Notes: generated by a model not told the origin, from the sequence alone. Numbered from the stretch's first letter, positions 37,371 to 51,459 are shown. The stretch: DNA of 64,000 nucleotides from Styela clava (GCF_964204865.1 NC_135250.1:23188001-23252000), one strand, 5' to 3'. Numbers and translations are program-made.

Positions 37371-39381
37371 CATTGACTGTTCTCATCAGTTGTTATACCT
37401 TTGTGGCATCATTTATTCCTATTAGTCATCAACTAAAATTGAGTAGTAGTAAAAATAAACCTCTGTTGTTGATTTGATCATGAAAGTGGATGAATAACCA
37501 AATTTTTATTTCAGCTGCATTTCACCAGTTATCGAGCATAACCATGGCCAAGAAATTGGACTTCGAAGAGTTGATTTAAATTCATTATGCTTAAAGTGGT
37601 ATCTATCTAATTTTCCATTGAATTTTTTTTACCGAATAGTTCACTATTTCGAATACAATCAAAATTATTATTTTCGAATATGAAATTTCGAATACATGCA
37701 AAAATAAATTTAAGTGAAAAATCATATTTTAGGGCATCAAGGAATCTGCATACAATAAACAATGGAATAACTGTTATATACAACCTGTCTATTTACCAGA
37801 CATTTTATGTCCACCGATTGCCTGATATTTTCGAGTAGTATTGCTTTTCATATTTCAGTAGGTACGAAAATACGAATCAAAAATTGATAATAATCGGGCA
37901 GTTTACTACACATTTTATGTCCGCAGATTGCCACTGTTTTTTTAGAGTATAGTAATTCCTTCTGTTTTCCAGTAAGTACGAAACTTCGAATCAAAAATTA
38001 ATTATAATCGGGCAGTTTTCCACACATTTTATGACCGCAGACTGTCCGTATTTTACAATAGTAATGCTTTTATTTTTTCGCAAGTAGGAAAATGAGAATC
38101 AAAGATTAGGTATAATCGGGCAGTTCACCACACATTTTATGTCTCCAGATTGCCGTGATATTTTAATATACGATAGCAATGCTTTTATTTTTTCGTAAGT
38201 CAACGCAACCACGGTTTATGTTAAACAGAATTAAATTAATACGGCAAGGCCTTTTAATTGCTGGTATCTAAATATTTTGCGCAACAGAAAATCATCCTAG
38301 TAAAAAAGATGATACTTTTAACTATCATTATCAAAATCGGTTCCAAAAAACTCTATTTCCTAATAACTCCTAATGACTAATTTATCGGGTATTGTAACAA
38401 TTGTGGCTTTGAATAATTTTAAATTTTCGACGTGAAGGTAATACATGTATAAATTAGCGGCAATGCCAATCGTGCAACAGTATGAGGCACACGCTCGCAC
38501 AGAAGATCACAAACAAATAAAGTGCCGGTCCTACTTCATCGTGATTACAATACGATTTCACTTAGAAGCGAAACGTGGCTACTATTCAGAATTATTGGAA
38601 AATCAGCCAAAAAGGTATTCGAATACTTTGATATTTGAATGTTTTCGAATATTCGATTCATTTTGGATAACCCTGTCTACATTTTCGATTTTTTACTGTC
38701 TTCAATTTCATTTCTACATAGCATTTATTTTATCTGTCATTATTTGATTCATAGTGTTTTAAATCATTGTGTTATCTAGCGTTATGATGATCGTAATTTT
38801 TTATGTTGAACCTATCAAATTATTTCTTTACTCAATTCTGAAATTTTGTGTCACAGATAGTAAGGTTTGTGTCAGCAGCGGTAACTCCCACTTTATTTTA
38901 TTTTATTGCTTATGTGCATTAACTTTTGATAAAGTCTTCTTTAGGTGATTATGAATATCTAAGAATAAAATAGGTAAAATAAAGTAGGCAATAATTGCAA
39001 CCTGTTTTTATTATGTGTTTTTGATAACTGTAACTGTCCAATTTGTAATTTTCTTTATATCTACTGCTTATGATAAAGATACATCAGTTTAAAATATCCA
39101 ATATATATATATATTCTTGTTATGTCTGCTAAGATTAATAAATTTAAAAGCACAATGTGTTGAAAATTGTTTGAAGTTTGGTTGCTAAAATGTTTAGAAT
39201 AAACAAGAATTACAATTTTTCATTTTACTTAATTGTGTAAAATTTAATCTGTGTTATATAAGTTTGATTTCTGATTTTGAAGTATTTTACCTTACATCTA
39301 AACTCCCTATACTATTATTAATTTAATTTTTTTCTCACAGATAACAAATGGTACATTTTTGATAACATAGTTATTATCATC

Positions 39382-40384
39382 ATGAGATCAGCTGGAAATG
39401 AAATCAACGATTCCTTACAAATGGCTTCATAGAATTTTGATATTCGAGAAACTTGTAAAAGTTTAACTCAAGTCATTGAAACCTGTGGTGTTAATTCACT
39501 TGGAAATATTTTTCAAAAAAAGATATCTTTATCAACAAAACATATAAATAGTGTGTGGTGAGAAGCGGAGTTTCTATGGCAGACTTTGGTATTGTGAGAC
39601 GATTCCTGTGACTGGATGGAGCAATGTTCCAACTTATAAATAGAATACAAATACATGGAGTGCAAGTTAAAGGACCCTATATGGTGGCTATTGGAGATTT
39701 TCACTCAAATCTCATGTATTAATCTCAAAGATTAACCACAGAACCACATTCTGTGTTAAAAACAACGATTCTGGTTCTATTGGACCGGACAAGAAAAAGA
39801 TTGAGCAAAATCTGAATTATGCCTTGAAAACTTTTTGGTATATTTTTGAGTTACCATTACCCAAACTTGATATCAATTCAAGAAGATCACCTGGACATGG
39901 CAGTGATATAGCAGATTAGGAATTAGATGAATATGGAAAAATGAGTTTGTCACCAACTGGCCGTTTTCAGCTTCAAAACAAATTGAAAAAATTCCCTATT
40001 TTGCCAAATGTATTTGCTGATCTTCGTCCTATTTGTAGTTTTGAAAATGCTTTTTTGGTTCGTTTCTTACACAAACTTTCATCAAAATTCAATGGCAAAT
40101 ACCAACATGAAATTGGAAAATTATGCAAGAAAAATGATATCTTGGGAAAAATCTGTGGAATATTATTTGAACAACCTGACGAATTCCCTGCACTGAAACA
40201 TGGTTTTCATCCTAAGCCTCATTTATCTTTGAGGTTCATGGCTCATTACAGAAATATATTCTACATTTTCATGTTATATGCTCTGTCGTTATTTTTCAAG
40301 TTCAGTTTTGTATATGCGTTGATTTACATTGTTTTTCTACTTGTCATCATAATATTCTTCAGAGCTTTGTTCAGTGAAGATTGA
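39382..40384 (+). pseudogene. SMPD4: Sphingomyelin phosphodiesterase 4-like pseudogene, internally deleted, copy 2
   Basis: N-terminal remnants (ETCKSLTQVIE, DFGIVRRFL.LDGAMFQLINRIQ) followed by the open C-terminal 147 aa at 39941-40384. Confidence 0.78.
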
Positions 40385-42837
40385 TATTTTTCCTTTGATA
40401 TGCATTTCCCTCCCTCCAGGTTCAATAGTTGACAAAATATATAAGACCGTTGCATTTGCTGAATCTTTTAATTTGCATATAAGAATAATCAACTAAAGCT
40501 GTGGTGTGGAGTCTGGAAAAATTTACACCTTTCTTCAAACTCTTTAATTAATTAAGAAAAAACTATAAATTTTTTACTATGCATACTTTATTTACCGGTA
40601 AGTGTTGAGTATGCTAACATGATTTCTGATTTCCTGGGCAAAGTTCCGACTTTGATTATTCGTTTTAAAAGTCTGAAATTTTGACTCCGGGGAATTTGAA
40701 GTGAACACCTTGAATCCATTATTAATAGACACATAGCAAACTCGGACAACACACCCCTAGTTTTGAGTTCAATTTTTTAAGTTTTTTTGATTGTGGAAAT
40801 AGTAAGAGTTTGATCAACCACGCTTTTGTGTCATCTTGCTACCCAAAATACATCTCCTACGACAATAAGTTACTCCTGTTTGACAATAAACAATCACATA
40901 AATATGTTGTGAGCTTGTGAATGGATTTCTAAACAATTTATGTTGAGCTTTCAGTATAGTTTGCTGACCTTTCATCGAAATCATTTTCTGTTGGTAAATA
41001 CATGATTTTCTGCCTAATACTGCCAAGATTTTGTGCAGATGTAAAATTGCAGAAATGATTTTCTAAAGTCATAGATCAGTCATATCTTCTTTTATATTGT
41101 TTGTATTTTCATGATCAATATTGTTGGTTTATAATGTTTTTATATAAATTTTGTATTTTGCTAAAGACTGATAATCAATAGTGTTTAGCAGTAATTGAGA
41201 GAATCACAAGTGAAATACCCCTGCCTTTCGCCATATAGGTAGCACAGCACATGTAAACAATACAAGGTTAAAGCAGATTTAATAATTATTCAACATAACC
41301 CTGTGTCAAAATGCCATACCTATACAACTTCAACCATACTGCAAGTTGTTCCCCCTTGTTAATAGTAGAGGATATGGTATTGTGGTTTGATTAGACAGTT
41401 TGCTTTGTACGTGTTAGCATTTCCATTGGATCACATGTATTTATTATATCAAGACATAACATTACTTATCTTTTATAATGGCAAAATAAAAATTGTTCCA
41501 AATCTAACCATTTGCTATATTACATGACCACCACCAGTGGTTTTTGTTGATTATAATTATACAGTTAGATACATATTATTTTCTTAAACCACATATTTTT
41601 CAGGTGCAAATTCATATGTTAATAATTACAAAACATGTAAACTCCTCCAAGTTTCCTAAAATTTCTGTAAAACGTCAAATTGCTAGTAAATGGCATGTCA
41701 TATTGGGTGTGCATATTTTGGTATTCTCAACTTACCTGTTTACTGGCAACAGTAATTTGTCTGCCGAGTCATACTCGACTTGCTTTTATCTGAGTCATGT
41801 TTTGTTAGTGCTTTATCATTTCATTGTGAACTGCTTTAAGGTGCTGCTAACGTTTAAGTTAATTAAAGCCTAGTATTTGTGGATGGATTTGTTTGTGAAG
41901 TAATAAACAGAACTTAGGTTACCACATTGGGTTACACATTTTTTGTGCAATGTCATCTGGTTGTTCTGAAAGCTGTATTTTTATTGTACAAGCTCATTGC
42001 ACTATTTTATATCGTTTGAATTTTTTGTTGGATCTTTGCGAATTTCAAATTGCACTGAAACAACATCAAAATTCTTTGGAACGAAAAAAATAATATTTTC
42101 GGGTATCTCTCTATATGTATAGGCAGAACCTATTGATATTATTTATACGGTACCTTTTATCTGTTCTGCTGACAATTCTGCAATAGGTTAAACAAAGAAT
42201 AAGTTTCTGGTAAGTCTGGTATATTTCTGATGGCCTGGATCATACAGCCATACTTGGTGATTTTACGATACAAACTTCTGATAGCGAAATGTGGTTCATT
42301 ATATTTCAGTTTGGATATCGATACATTAACATGTTCAATAAGGCAGTTAACAGTAACTGGAATTTTGAAAACATTCACAGTAGCACAGTAGCAGTATGGT
42401 GGTAAAACATAGAAATACCGGTATATTAAAATTAGTAAATGTTCATTTTTGTTCAGTGATTTCTTGACCGAAGAAATATGCATGGCCTATCTTTCATACT
42501 GATATTTTATCTACAAACTCCATAACTGAGAGTTGTAAGGTTATGTACTGTCACATCTTGACATTTATGTGACACAAATTAAGCAGTCAAAAGCTTCGCC
42601 ATAGTGGTTGTGTACTTATTGATTGCATTTCTTCTCGTTAGAGTTTAATTTTTTTGTTGTAATCATTGTTTTATGAAGCAATTAACCTAAATGAGTCCTT
42701 CCTTTTTCTTCCCAGAGGTTTATATGTGATGGACCGTAAAGTCTTTAGTTTAATTATTGTTTCTCTTTTTAAGGTATTATTATTATTAGTGGTATAATCA
42801 TAAGCAGTGCTTTAAATTATCAGACAAAGTCTCAGAA

Positions 42838-44450
42838 ATGGAAGAAAAAATCAATACAGATTCTAAAGAACATGCTGTTGAAATTTTACAACAATTAAAT
42901 GAATATCGTAAAACTGGACGTCATTGTGATTTCATGATCAAAGCTGGATCTGAGGAATTTCCTGTTCATAAGAATATTGTGTCTGCAAGTTCCGATTATT
43001 TTAAAGCAATGTTATCTCATGAAAATGTGGAAACAAATTCTGGTGTCGTTGAAATAAAGGAATTTGATGAAGTTTGTGTTAAAAAATGTGTTGATTTCAT
43101 TTACACTGGGGATGCTTATGTTGCCGAAGAAAAACGTGAAACACTCATGGGTGTCGCTCACATGATGCAGCTGCAAAGACTTTGTGATAGTATCGCAATT
43201 TTTCTGGAAGATGATCTTGATCCTAGATCGTTTTTTCAAACTAAAAAAATTGCAAATAGGTACAACTGTAAACAACTTGAGGAAAAATGCAATCAATTTG
43301 CATTGAAACGTTTTAAAGAAATTGCCCAGTCTGATGAGTTTATGGATCTTGATGAAAAATTTATTTCATTTCTGATGGAATCAAAGGAAACAAAAGCAAA
43401 GGAAGAAGGGAAATGTAAGATGTTGTTGGCATGGACCAAACATGATATTGATGTGAGAAAAGAATGTTTTCTTGGTTTGGTGATGAAATTTCAGTTGATA
43501 AAAATGACTTTGTCATATAGGAGATTCCTTGTTGAAAATGAACCATTGATAATTGGATCTGGAAAATATTTACAGTCATTGACTTTATCAATTTTAGACA
43601 GTACTGGGAATGTCAGTTCGAAAGATTTCAATTTCACAGAGAATAAACAGCTTGTTGTTTTTGATCAAACTTCTCGAAGAATACATTCTCATGATGTTGA
43701 TGATAAAACATGGACACCAATGCAAACCATAGATCAAGTAATCATACAGAATACAGTATGTTCTGCTGTAGTGATGGAATCTTACATTTATGTGATTTGT
43801 AAAAATGGACCGTTTTATAGACTTGAATATGCTGAATCAAATGCAAAGTGGGAACAAATGACAAATACAAATCTTTATGGTACATGTGCAGTTGCACTTG
43901 ATGGTTTCGTTTATGGTATTGAGTATCATAAATACTCGAACATTATGGAAAGATATGGACCAGACTAACAAACAAATCATTGATTCTAGCTTGGGAATCT
44001 TTGGTGGCTGCTGATGGAAAGGTGTTTTGTATCACAGGAACGAATCAACAAGATCGAGTAACAAACCAAATTGAGATTTATGATCCTGTCACATCAACTT
44101 GGTCAATGGATAATAGATCATTGAATGAAGCAAGATATCAAGCTTCTGCAACTGCTACAGAGGAAGGAATATATGTTATGGGAGGTTATGATAATAATAG
44201 AGGTTCAACTCTCACTACTGTTGAATTTCGTTCATCTGTAACTAAAACCTGGATGTTGTTGAAACCAATGAAAAATGCAAGATATAAGTTCAATAGTTGT
44301 GTGATTGGTGACAAGGTTTATGTCATTGGTGGAAATCGAGATCCTGCAAATATAGAGGAATATGATCCGGAAACAAAAGAATGGAAAATTATTGAAACAA
44401 TACAAGGAAAAAATATAATTTCATTGGCAACTGTTGCAATATCTATATAA
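42838..44450 (+). pseudogene. Kelch-like copy K5, frameshifted in the Kelch domain
   Basis: Nearly identical to K3 until ~44185. A 19-bp deletion between ATATG direct repeats at ~43957 splits it into ORFs 42838-43968 and 43980-44450. Confidence 0.9.
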
Positions 44451-45934
44451 CATTAATTACTCTTATACTTCACAAATATAGTTCTCATATTCTTCATGAA
44501 AAAAATACTTATCAGTCTTTCTACTGTACTCTCAAATTAATTTTTTTCATAATGATGAAACTTGTAAATTAATCATTTGTGTGGTAATATTTAGATTGAA
44601 TAAATTATTTAACCAAAAGGATTATTCGATTATTGCTTGATTAAGAACCAATCTACAGAATGTTTAAAGATATAGCTTGAATAAATTCTCTTTACAGATA
44701 GCCAATATCAATATTGATAATTCAATTATTTGGTTAGGTAATCATTACCTATTTCATTTGGAAGTGACAAGTGAAAATTATTTTCATATTGGTAGTGATG
44801 ATTTTTTTTTTTATATCATTTCATTTATCATGGTCAACAATTTAATCTCTAATTCTTGAAAATGTTTCATTCTTCAATATTTTATTCAATTTTGTGATGT
44901 CAGATTACAGGAGCTTACCCCATATTTTTTTTTATATACTCGATATGGTATGGGTTGTTATCATATCTCCCTCATTAACTCGCATTAATTGTTTATGATG
45001 TGGCCTATCTGATTTTAGTTTCATAATATAATTCAAGTTTTTCGTCTTTATGCTCCATCTTTATGGGGGTAATTTATATTAAATGCTCATTTCTTTGAAA
45101 TCACTGTATTTTTTAATTATTATCATTTCACTGCTTTTTTGATATAACTAGGTCAAAGATATGCATTTTTTAAATGTGTTTATTATTTATGCTTTTTATT
45201 CTTGAAGTGACTCATCAAAAAAATTGTGTTTTTGTAAATGAAATATTTAGGTTAGTGGCAATAAAGCTTTTATTACATGCCCCTGTTGCACAAATTGGGT
45301 TCTGTCCATCCAATATCAAATTTTTGCAAATCTATTATTACAAATAAAAGAAAATACAAAACTTTTAGGTTTAGGAGTAGTGTTCATTCAACCATGCCTT
45401 AGTAATGACCTCACTGCTGTCCAATGCATTATCAGTATTCTGTTATTTTGAGGTGAGGCTCATTTCATACCATCATCTGTATAACGTCATAACAGACTTG
45501 TTGTGGCCTTCTAGGCTAAGAACAATTATTCAACTTACGGTATAATATTCCTATTCTGAAAATGATGAGGAATTTTCGTGAATATCTTTGCAACCAATGA
45601 GGCATGAAATATTTTCATTTTTTATTGATTTCAATTCCTGATTAACAGACAATGAGTTCTGTAATTAAGGAAATATGATTTTATTGAATATTCTCAAAAA
45701 TTTTATTATTATTGTAGTATGTATATTCATATTGACTAATTCAATGAACTTGATAAAATATACTGTGTTAGTGAAATTGTCATTGTTATTGCGTTATGTA
45801 TAAAAGGGGCATCAGGGGCAATTCGCAATATTGATATCATAATTAGACCAGCTGAGAAAGAAATTAAATACTCTCTGATGGTAGCGAAGTTCCTGCCAGT
45901 CTTTATAACATGCTTGATTCGTTACTCGGCAATT

Positions 45935-46160
45935 TAAGGGGCCGGCAACCTTCGGCCCGCGGGACGATTCCGGCCCACGACGCTTCACAGAATAATAGTA
46001 CGAGAAATTATTGTGAGACACGTCTAGACTTAATTATATAATGATTTAACAACTATAAAATATGCAATTACTCGTTTGATGAGCCTATGATTTAAATATA
46101 GTTAGACAAATGGCAACAAAACGCAGGAAAGTTGATGCTAAATGCAAAGGGTTCAATGGC
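45935..46160 (+). mobile_element. 5' fragment of a hAT-Charlie/SPIN-like transposon
   Basis: AGGGGCCGGCAACCTTCGGCCCGCGGG terminus; start of a transposase-like peptide MATKRRKVDAKCKGFN at 46110. Confidence 0.6.
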
Positions 46161-46229
46161 GCCGAAAATAATCGAATGTAATATTTTGAGATGCAATGCG
46201 ATGAGGAAATAAATCTATATTCTTGTCGA

Positions 46230-46689
46230 GGATTCCATTATCTTTGAACCCGCGTACATTTGAACCCGTACATCTGAACCCGTAATTTGAACCCAGAACA
46301 ATTGCACCTGTATACTATTGCACCTATGGACATTTGCACCTACGGACATTTGAACCCATACATTTCCACCCATGGATTTTAGCACCCGCATATAGATTGA
46401 ACCTGCGGACATTTGAACCCGTGTACGTTTGCACCCGCGTACATTTGAACCCATGTACATTTGCACCCGCGGACATTTGAACCCATGTACGTTTGCACCC
46501 GCGTACATTTGAACCCATGTACATGGGCTACACAGGCTAAAATCCATGGGTGGAAATGTATGGGTTCAAATGTCCGTAGGTGCAAATGTCCATTGGTGCA
46601 ATAGTATACAGGTGTAATTGTCCTGGGTTCAAAATACGGGTTCAGATGTACGGGTTCAAATGTACGTAGGTTCAAATGTGCTGTCACCT
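46230..46689. repeat. Foldback element built from 16-18-bp ACATTTG(A/C)ACCC subrepeats
   Basis: ~46254-46383 is the reverse complement of ~46536-46670; direct subrepeats fill the middle. Confidence 0.8.
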
Positions 46690-47651
46690 ATTCGAGAGAT
46701 GTATCACTGCTTGATTTTTACTCTACAAGAAGTATCATCTGTTCATTTTTCAACTTTCTAAATATATGTATTTTTGAGACACGCTGAGTGTGTGTGTGTG
46801 CGATGCGCAAGTTTTCACGCTAGTTGAGTCATGGCGAAGGATACACACCGCTAGATCGTATCTCGTGACTAATCTAAGCATTGTCCATATCCCTCTTGTA
46901 ACTTTGACGTCGTCGCGATGCGCAAGTTTCCTTCGAGAAATTTTCCACGCTATTGAGTCAGAGCGAAGGATACACGCCCGAGATCGTATCTCGTTACTTA
47001 TAATTACTCTTCAAGCAATGGACCTTTCCCCGACCTTTGACCTTTATTGTTTTGATTTTGGTCGCTCAGACAAATATTGCAAATATTCAGGCTTGTGTAG
47101 GGCGATAGAGTGGTCGTTTTATAGGCCTTCGAATGGCATTTCACTGGTGATGGCGGTATTTTCGTGCTTCTAACGTTACAACATATTGTCAAGTGATCTA
47201 TTATTAACGTTATTCCGTCTTCACATTGCCGTTAACGTACTTAACTTAGTTGATAGTTAACTTAGTTACCTGGTGGCAATCATGCACTATTCAGTACCTA
47301 ACTTAGTTCTAAAAGCTTATTTACCATACAAAAATGAAATTACTCAAGAGATGACTTTTCTATGACTTGGTTCTCCAAGAACTTTTCTTTCGCCCAGCAG
47401 GAGAAGGATACAATACTTTTCATTGAAAGGTAATATTTAAACTTACCGTTATCATATCCTATAGTTCATAGACTGATAGATAGCGTCCAAGTTAGGGCTG
47501 AATTGGTGGGTTTAGTATAGAAACAAATTGAATGCAGGGGATTGAGGGAAAGTTTAAAGTCTTTTAAATACATTCTTGGAAACATTGCACAAACTACAGA
47601 AATCTGTATTTTGAACAGGTGAATATTTTTTCCAGATACATTCATGATGGT

Positions 47652-49493
47652 TCAGTCGTCAATTTCAAAGCCAAGTGCTACAGATAAGTTCAGGAGTCTC
47701 TGCCAGTCTGCCACCACATCATCTTCAAATAGGGGTGTCGCCGAATAGTCACCAAGTCTCTGATGCAATTTGTACATTCTAGGCACGGTGAGGCCACTTA
47801 AGTTTATGTCGTATCATAGAAACACAGATTTATTAGCTCAGTAAGATGGGTGCAAATATACTATTGAAAGATTAGATTCAACAGGTTTATTGAAGTATTA
47901 TGATCGATTACATACCACATAAAATTACAAGACCAATAATGTTATAGTGAATAACATGGTTTAAATGAACTAACCAAGACTATCCAACATATTAAATTAA
48001 GGGGAATAAAAGATTTTCCGCTGAGCCAAGCATGTACAAGCCTTCCCCAGAATTGGTAACAACCTATATGGAGGGAACAAAATAGATCCAACAGTTTTGT
48101 CGTCTGTAGTTGGTGCTAATCCCACGAAGTTAGATCGAGCCAGAGTTCCAATCATGCCGGTTAAACCAAAAACAGTCGGGTATCTGATAGGTTTTACAAT
48201 ATAGTTTATTCATTCAGTGTAGAAATAGAATATAACAGATTATAAAAAATATATGATGAAGGAACAAGCAAGTAAATCCAAGAAAATTACTACAAAAAAT
48301 TATACAGTTTTGCAGATATTGTGCCGTATAGGATAAAAATACACACCAGATATATGCTTTTGGGCATAACAAACAAAAACCACGAAAGCAATGGAGCGTC
48401 TGAGTTATTTTATTAAAGCTGCCTGGTTTCATCTCCTGATAATATGGAAGAATTGCTCTCACTGGGCACTACCTCATTGTTATATAGTCAGATGGGCAAA
48501 CACCCACCACTTGGTTCGGTTCTAAAATTATCAGGTGATTATGAACAATTTGTGATTTATATGACAGTAATAAATGCAAAACAACCTAACAAAATAAGGA
48601 TATTCATCACACACCACAGTTACTACCAAGTGCAGGGCCAACTTCTGGTATCTGGAGCAGCTTGGTGTGGCTTTGCAGTTGCAGTTTCGATTCTGAATCT
48701 TGTTAATTCTTTCGTGACCTTTTATTATTATTATTTCTTTTTCTGGTAGGTAGTCGCGTACTTTTTGAAATCTATTTTAAGTTATGCTCGACTTCCACTT
48801 TTCTCTGCATTTTGTTTGTATGTTGACTTTTTGTGTTGTTTTATGCCAGAGAACCAAAATAAAATGATGATGATGCTTGCTTACATTTTTCTGCTGTCTG
48901 ACAAAGCGCTGTCTTTTTCATCAGCGGCACTTGAGGTAGTTTCAAGTAAAGTCTGGGGGCAGATCTGGTTGGATCCCTGACAATCCTTTCTCACTTTCGT
49001 CAGATTCGCATGTCTTTGTATCAAATGAAGTATCTGGTGACAGATCCTGTTAAATTATGATCCAAAGTTAAATTATGGTATAAGTAATCATTACCTTACA
49101 ATTTGATGATGCTTCTCTGTTGGGCGACAAGAATCTGATATAGGGTCAGGGTATTCATCAGTTGGTCCATCGCCTCCATGAAAATGCATGATGGAACGCA
49201 TTGCTTGTATGAAAATTTATTTCATATAAGAATTAACATATTGAATATATCATAGGTATCGAAAACAATATTTATGTTGGCCTACCTTAGTATACACGAA
49301 GGTATTTCTGGTGATTTTTCCTAGATTGAATATACTGTGAGGCCTGTTGCATTCCTTTATCCATCTCATTGCTTTTTGGCAGTCAATATGTGGCTTTGGA
49401 AAAGGCACAAATCTTACCGTACTTCATTTGAACGGCAGTGGTACCGTACAGGTTTTCAGACCGGCAAATACCATATGCGCAGCGTTTACACAT
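47652..49493 (-). pseudogene. Spliced THAP-domain gene remnant
   Basis: Exon 49493-49286 reads MCKRCAYGIC..RFVPFPKP..RWIKECNRP..TFVYTK after removing two 5-bp footprints and ends at a GT donor. The next exon reads HFHGGDGPTDEYPDP. Further probable exons at ~49046-48885, ~48185-48065 and ~47815-47652 are less certain. Confidence 0.7.
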
Positions 49494-50082
49494 AGCTAGT
49501 CTAACAAAATAATTCACTAGTAGATTCTGTTTAATAAAAATGCAACATCGTATCAAAGACAAATTCTCCCGTACTGACATACGGTAGGCTACCGATACCC
49601 TGGATTGCATAAGCATGACTGTCTACTATTTTTTGGTTCGAAATAGCAGTTGCGACCTGTACAGTACCGTACCTGTAAGGTGCCTGCAACGGGTACAACC
49701 TTTTAGTATAGATATATAGATTTCGTGAACGTGATTTGCAACAAGTAACATACAGTATTACCGCTTTCTAATTCTCGCAGCCTTGTGAAGAAAACAAAAA
49801 GCGAAAGAAAGCACAAAGATCTGCCTAAACCGCAAGCAACCTGTGCGGAACGCGCCCAAAGTTGTCTGAGCGACTTTTCAGCGGGGAATGTTTGTTTACA
49901 TCTGCTCGCTTGTGATTGGTTGAAAATACGGATGTTTTGATGTCGGGGAAAGGTCCATGTCCATGTCCCTCTATTAGGTTCGGGGTTGCAGAATTCCGCA
50001 CCAAAATATCGCTAGGCTGTGTTTGAATACACACGGTGTCGCTATGAAGTAAGAGCGGGTGAATCGAAACCGAAGTTTCTGT

Positions 50083-50428
50083 TAGGATAGGATAGGATTT
50101 ACATATTTATCCCGGGGGAGATGAAAGCCGATAAGACGGCTTATCCATATGGCGAACCACGGCCTCTCGTCCGGTTACCATTTCAAGTCGGGTATGGGTT
50201 TAGTTTTACTGCATTGTTTGTTTTCGGAAGCATGGACTTGGTGGTGGAGGAAGCCGTAACCGACCAGCGGTTACGTGAACCACCCAACGACGGCGAGGAG
50301 TCCAGCAATCCTCTCGCACATAACCATCCCTGCATGGGATTCGAACCTGCGAACCCACGCAGAGTAGTTAGAGGTGCGGTGGCGAGCGTATTCCTAACGC
50401 TTAGCCCGTTGGGCCACACCGCCGCGCC
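50083..50428 (-). mobile_element. tRNA-derived SINE, same family
   Basis: High identity to 17393-17733; (TCCTA)n tail. Confidence 0.88.
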
Positions 50429-51381
50429 TAATGTTTTGGGGGATCCCCTGACTTTCGATCGATAAGTCTTCGGTCTCCGATCGATATTCTCGTTTTGATA
50501 TTAGCTAGAAACGACTATTTCAAATGTCCTTGAGTTGGATTCAAAATAGATGAATGGCTTAAATTTTTATTAAAAGTTTTTTATATCTAGAACACCAGCA
50601 GATTCTGGAATTGTGAGAAAGTTTAAAAAGTGGAGTAGTTTTTAATTTTGATTTTGTCATCGCACACAAAAACTAAATACTAAAGAGCCAGCAAAAATAT
50701 TTGAAATAAATGAAAGTAATAGACTTTAAGCGAAAAATACAATCTTTAACCACTGGAAATTTCAAAGCAATTCCTCCAGTAGGTAATACGGAAAGATATT
50801 TTTTCACAACGACAACAACATAATAAAAAAAACGATTCATATGTACACTTCGTGTCCAATTAGAATCTAGAAGATCAGGAAATTATATTTTAATTAATAT
50901 TTCTGGTGAAGTGTCATTGGCGAGCAATCGGGATCACACATGGGATCACAGCCATGAGCCACCACCAGATGGTTAGGGTATTCCCCGTTCCACGGATAAC
51001 AGGCAGGAAGGTGTTGTGTTGTGGGAAATACAACACGGTGCATTTTGTTGCGGCATTCTGGACATACCGGTATAAGTTTATTTTTATTCATCAATGAACT
51101 AGGTATATGTGTGAATGCAATATTGAAGAGACTTTATGTCATTTATTTTTGGGGTCTTACTACTTACTGAATACAGCGCGAAAGAGCGCAAAACAGAGGG
51201 AAACAGCGCATAACAGGAGACGCAGTTAATACCACCTCATGACGGCTCCTGCCACGAAAGAACCACGGAGCCTCTCGCCATGGTTTTATGGCGCTATTTC
51301 CGGTATATTTACAAAAATATGTGCCGGATTCTAGATCATCATGCAAAATTTTATTTACTTTTTTTTTTATCACCCTAAAGT

Positions 51382-51459
51382 CGGCGGTGTGGCGCCATAT
51401 GATTGAGCCGTCTTATCGGTTTTCCTCTCCCCCGGGATAAATATGTAAATCCTATCCTA
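51382..51459 (+). mobile_element. Internally deleted copy of the same SINE
   Basis: Head cggcggtgtggc fused directly to the 3' ~65 nt (gccatatg...aaatcctatccta). Confidence 0.75.

Noticed and set aside
46215-46687. Repetitive proteins (VQMYAGANVHG...)
   Set aside because: Translation of foldback subrepeats, open in several frames.
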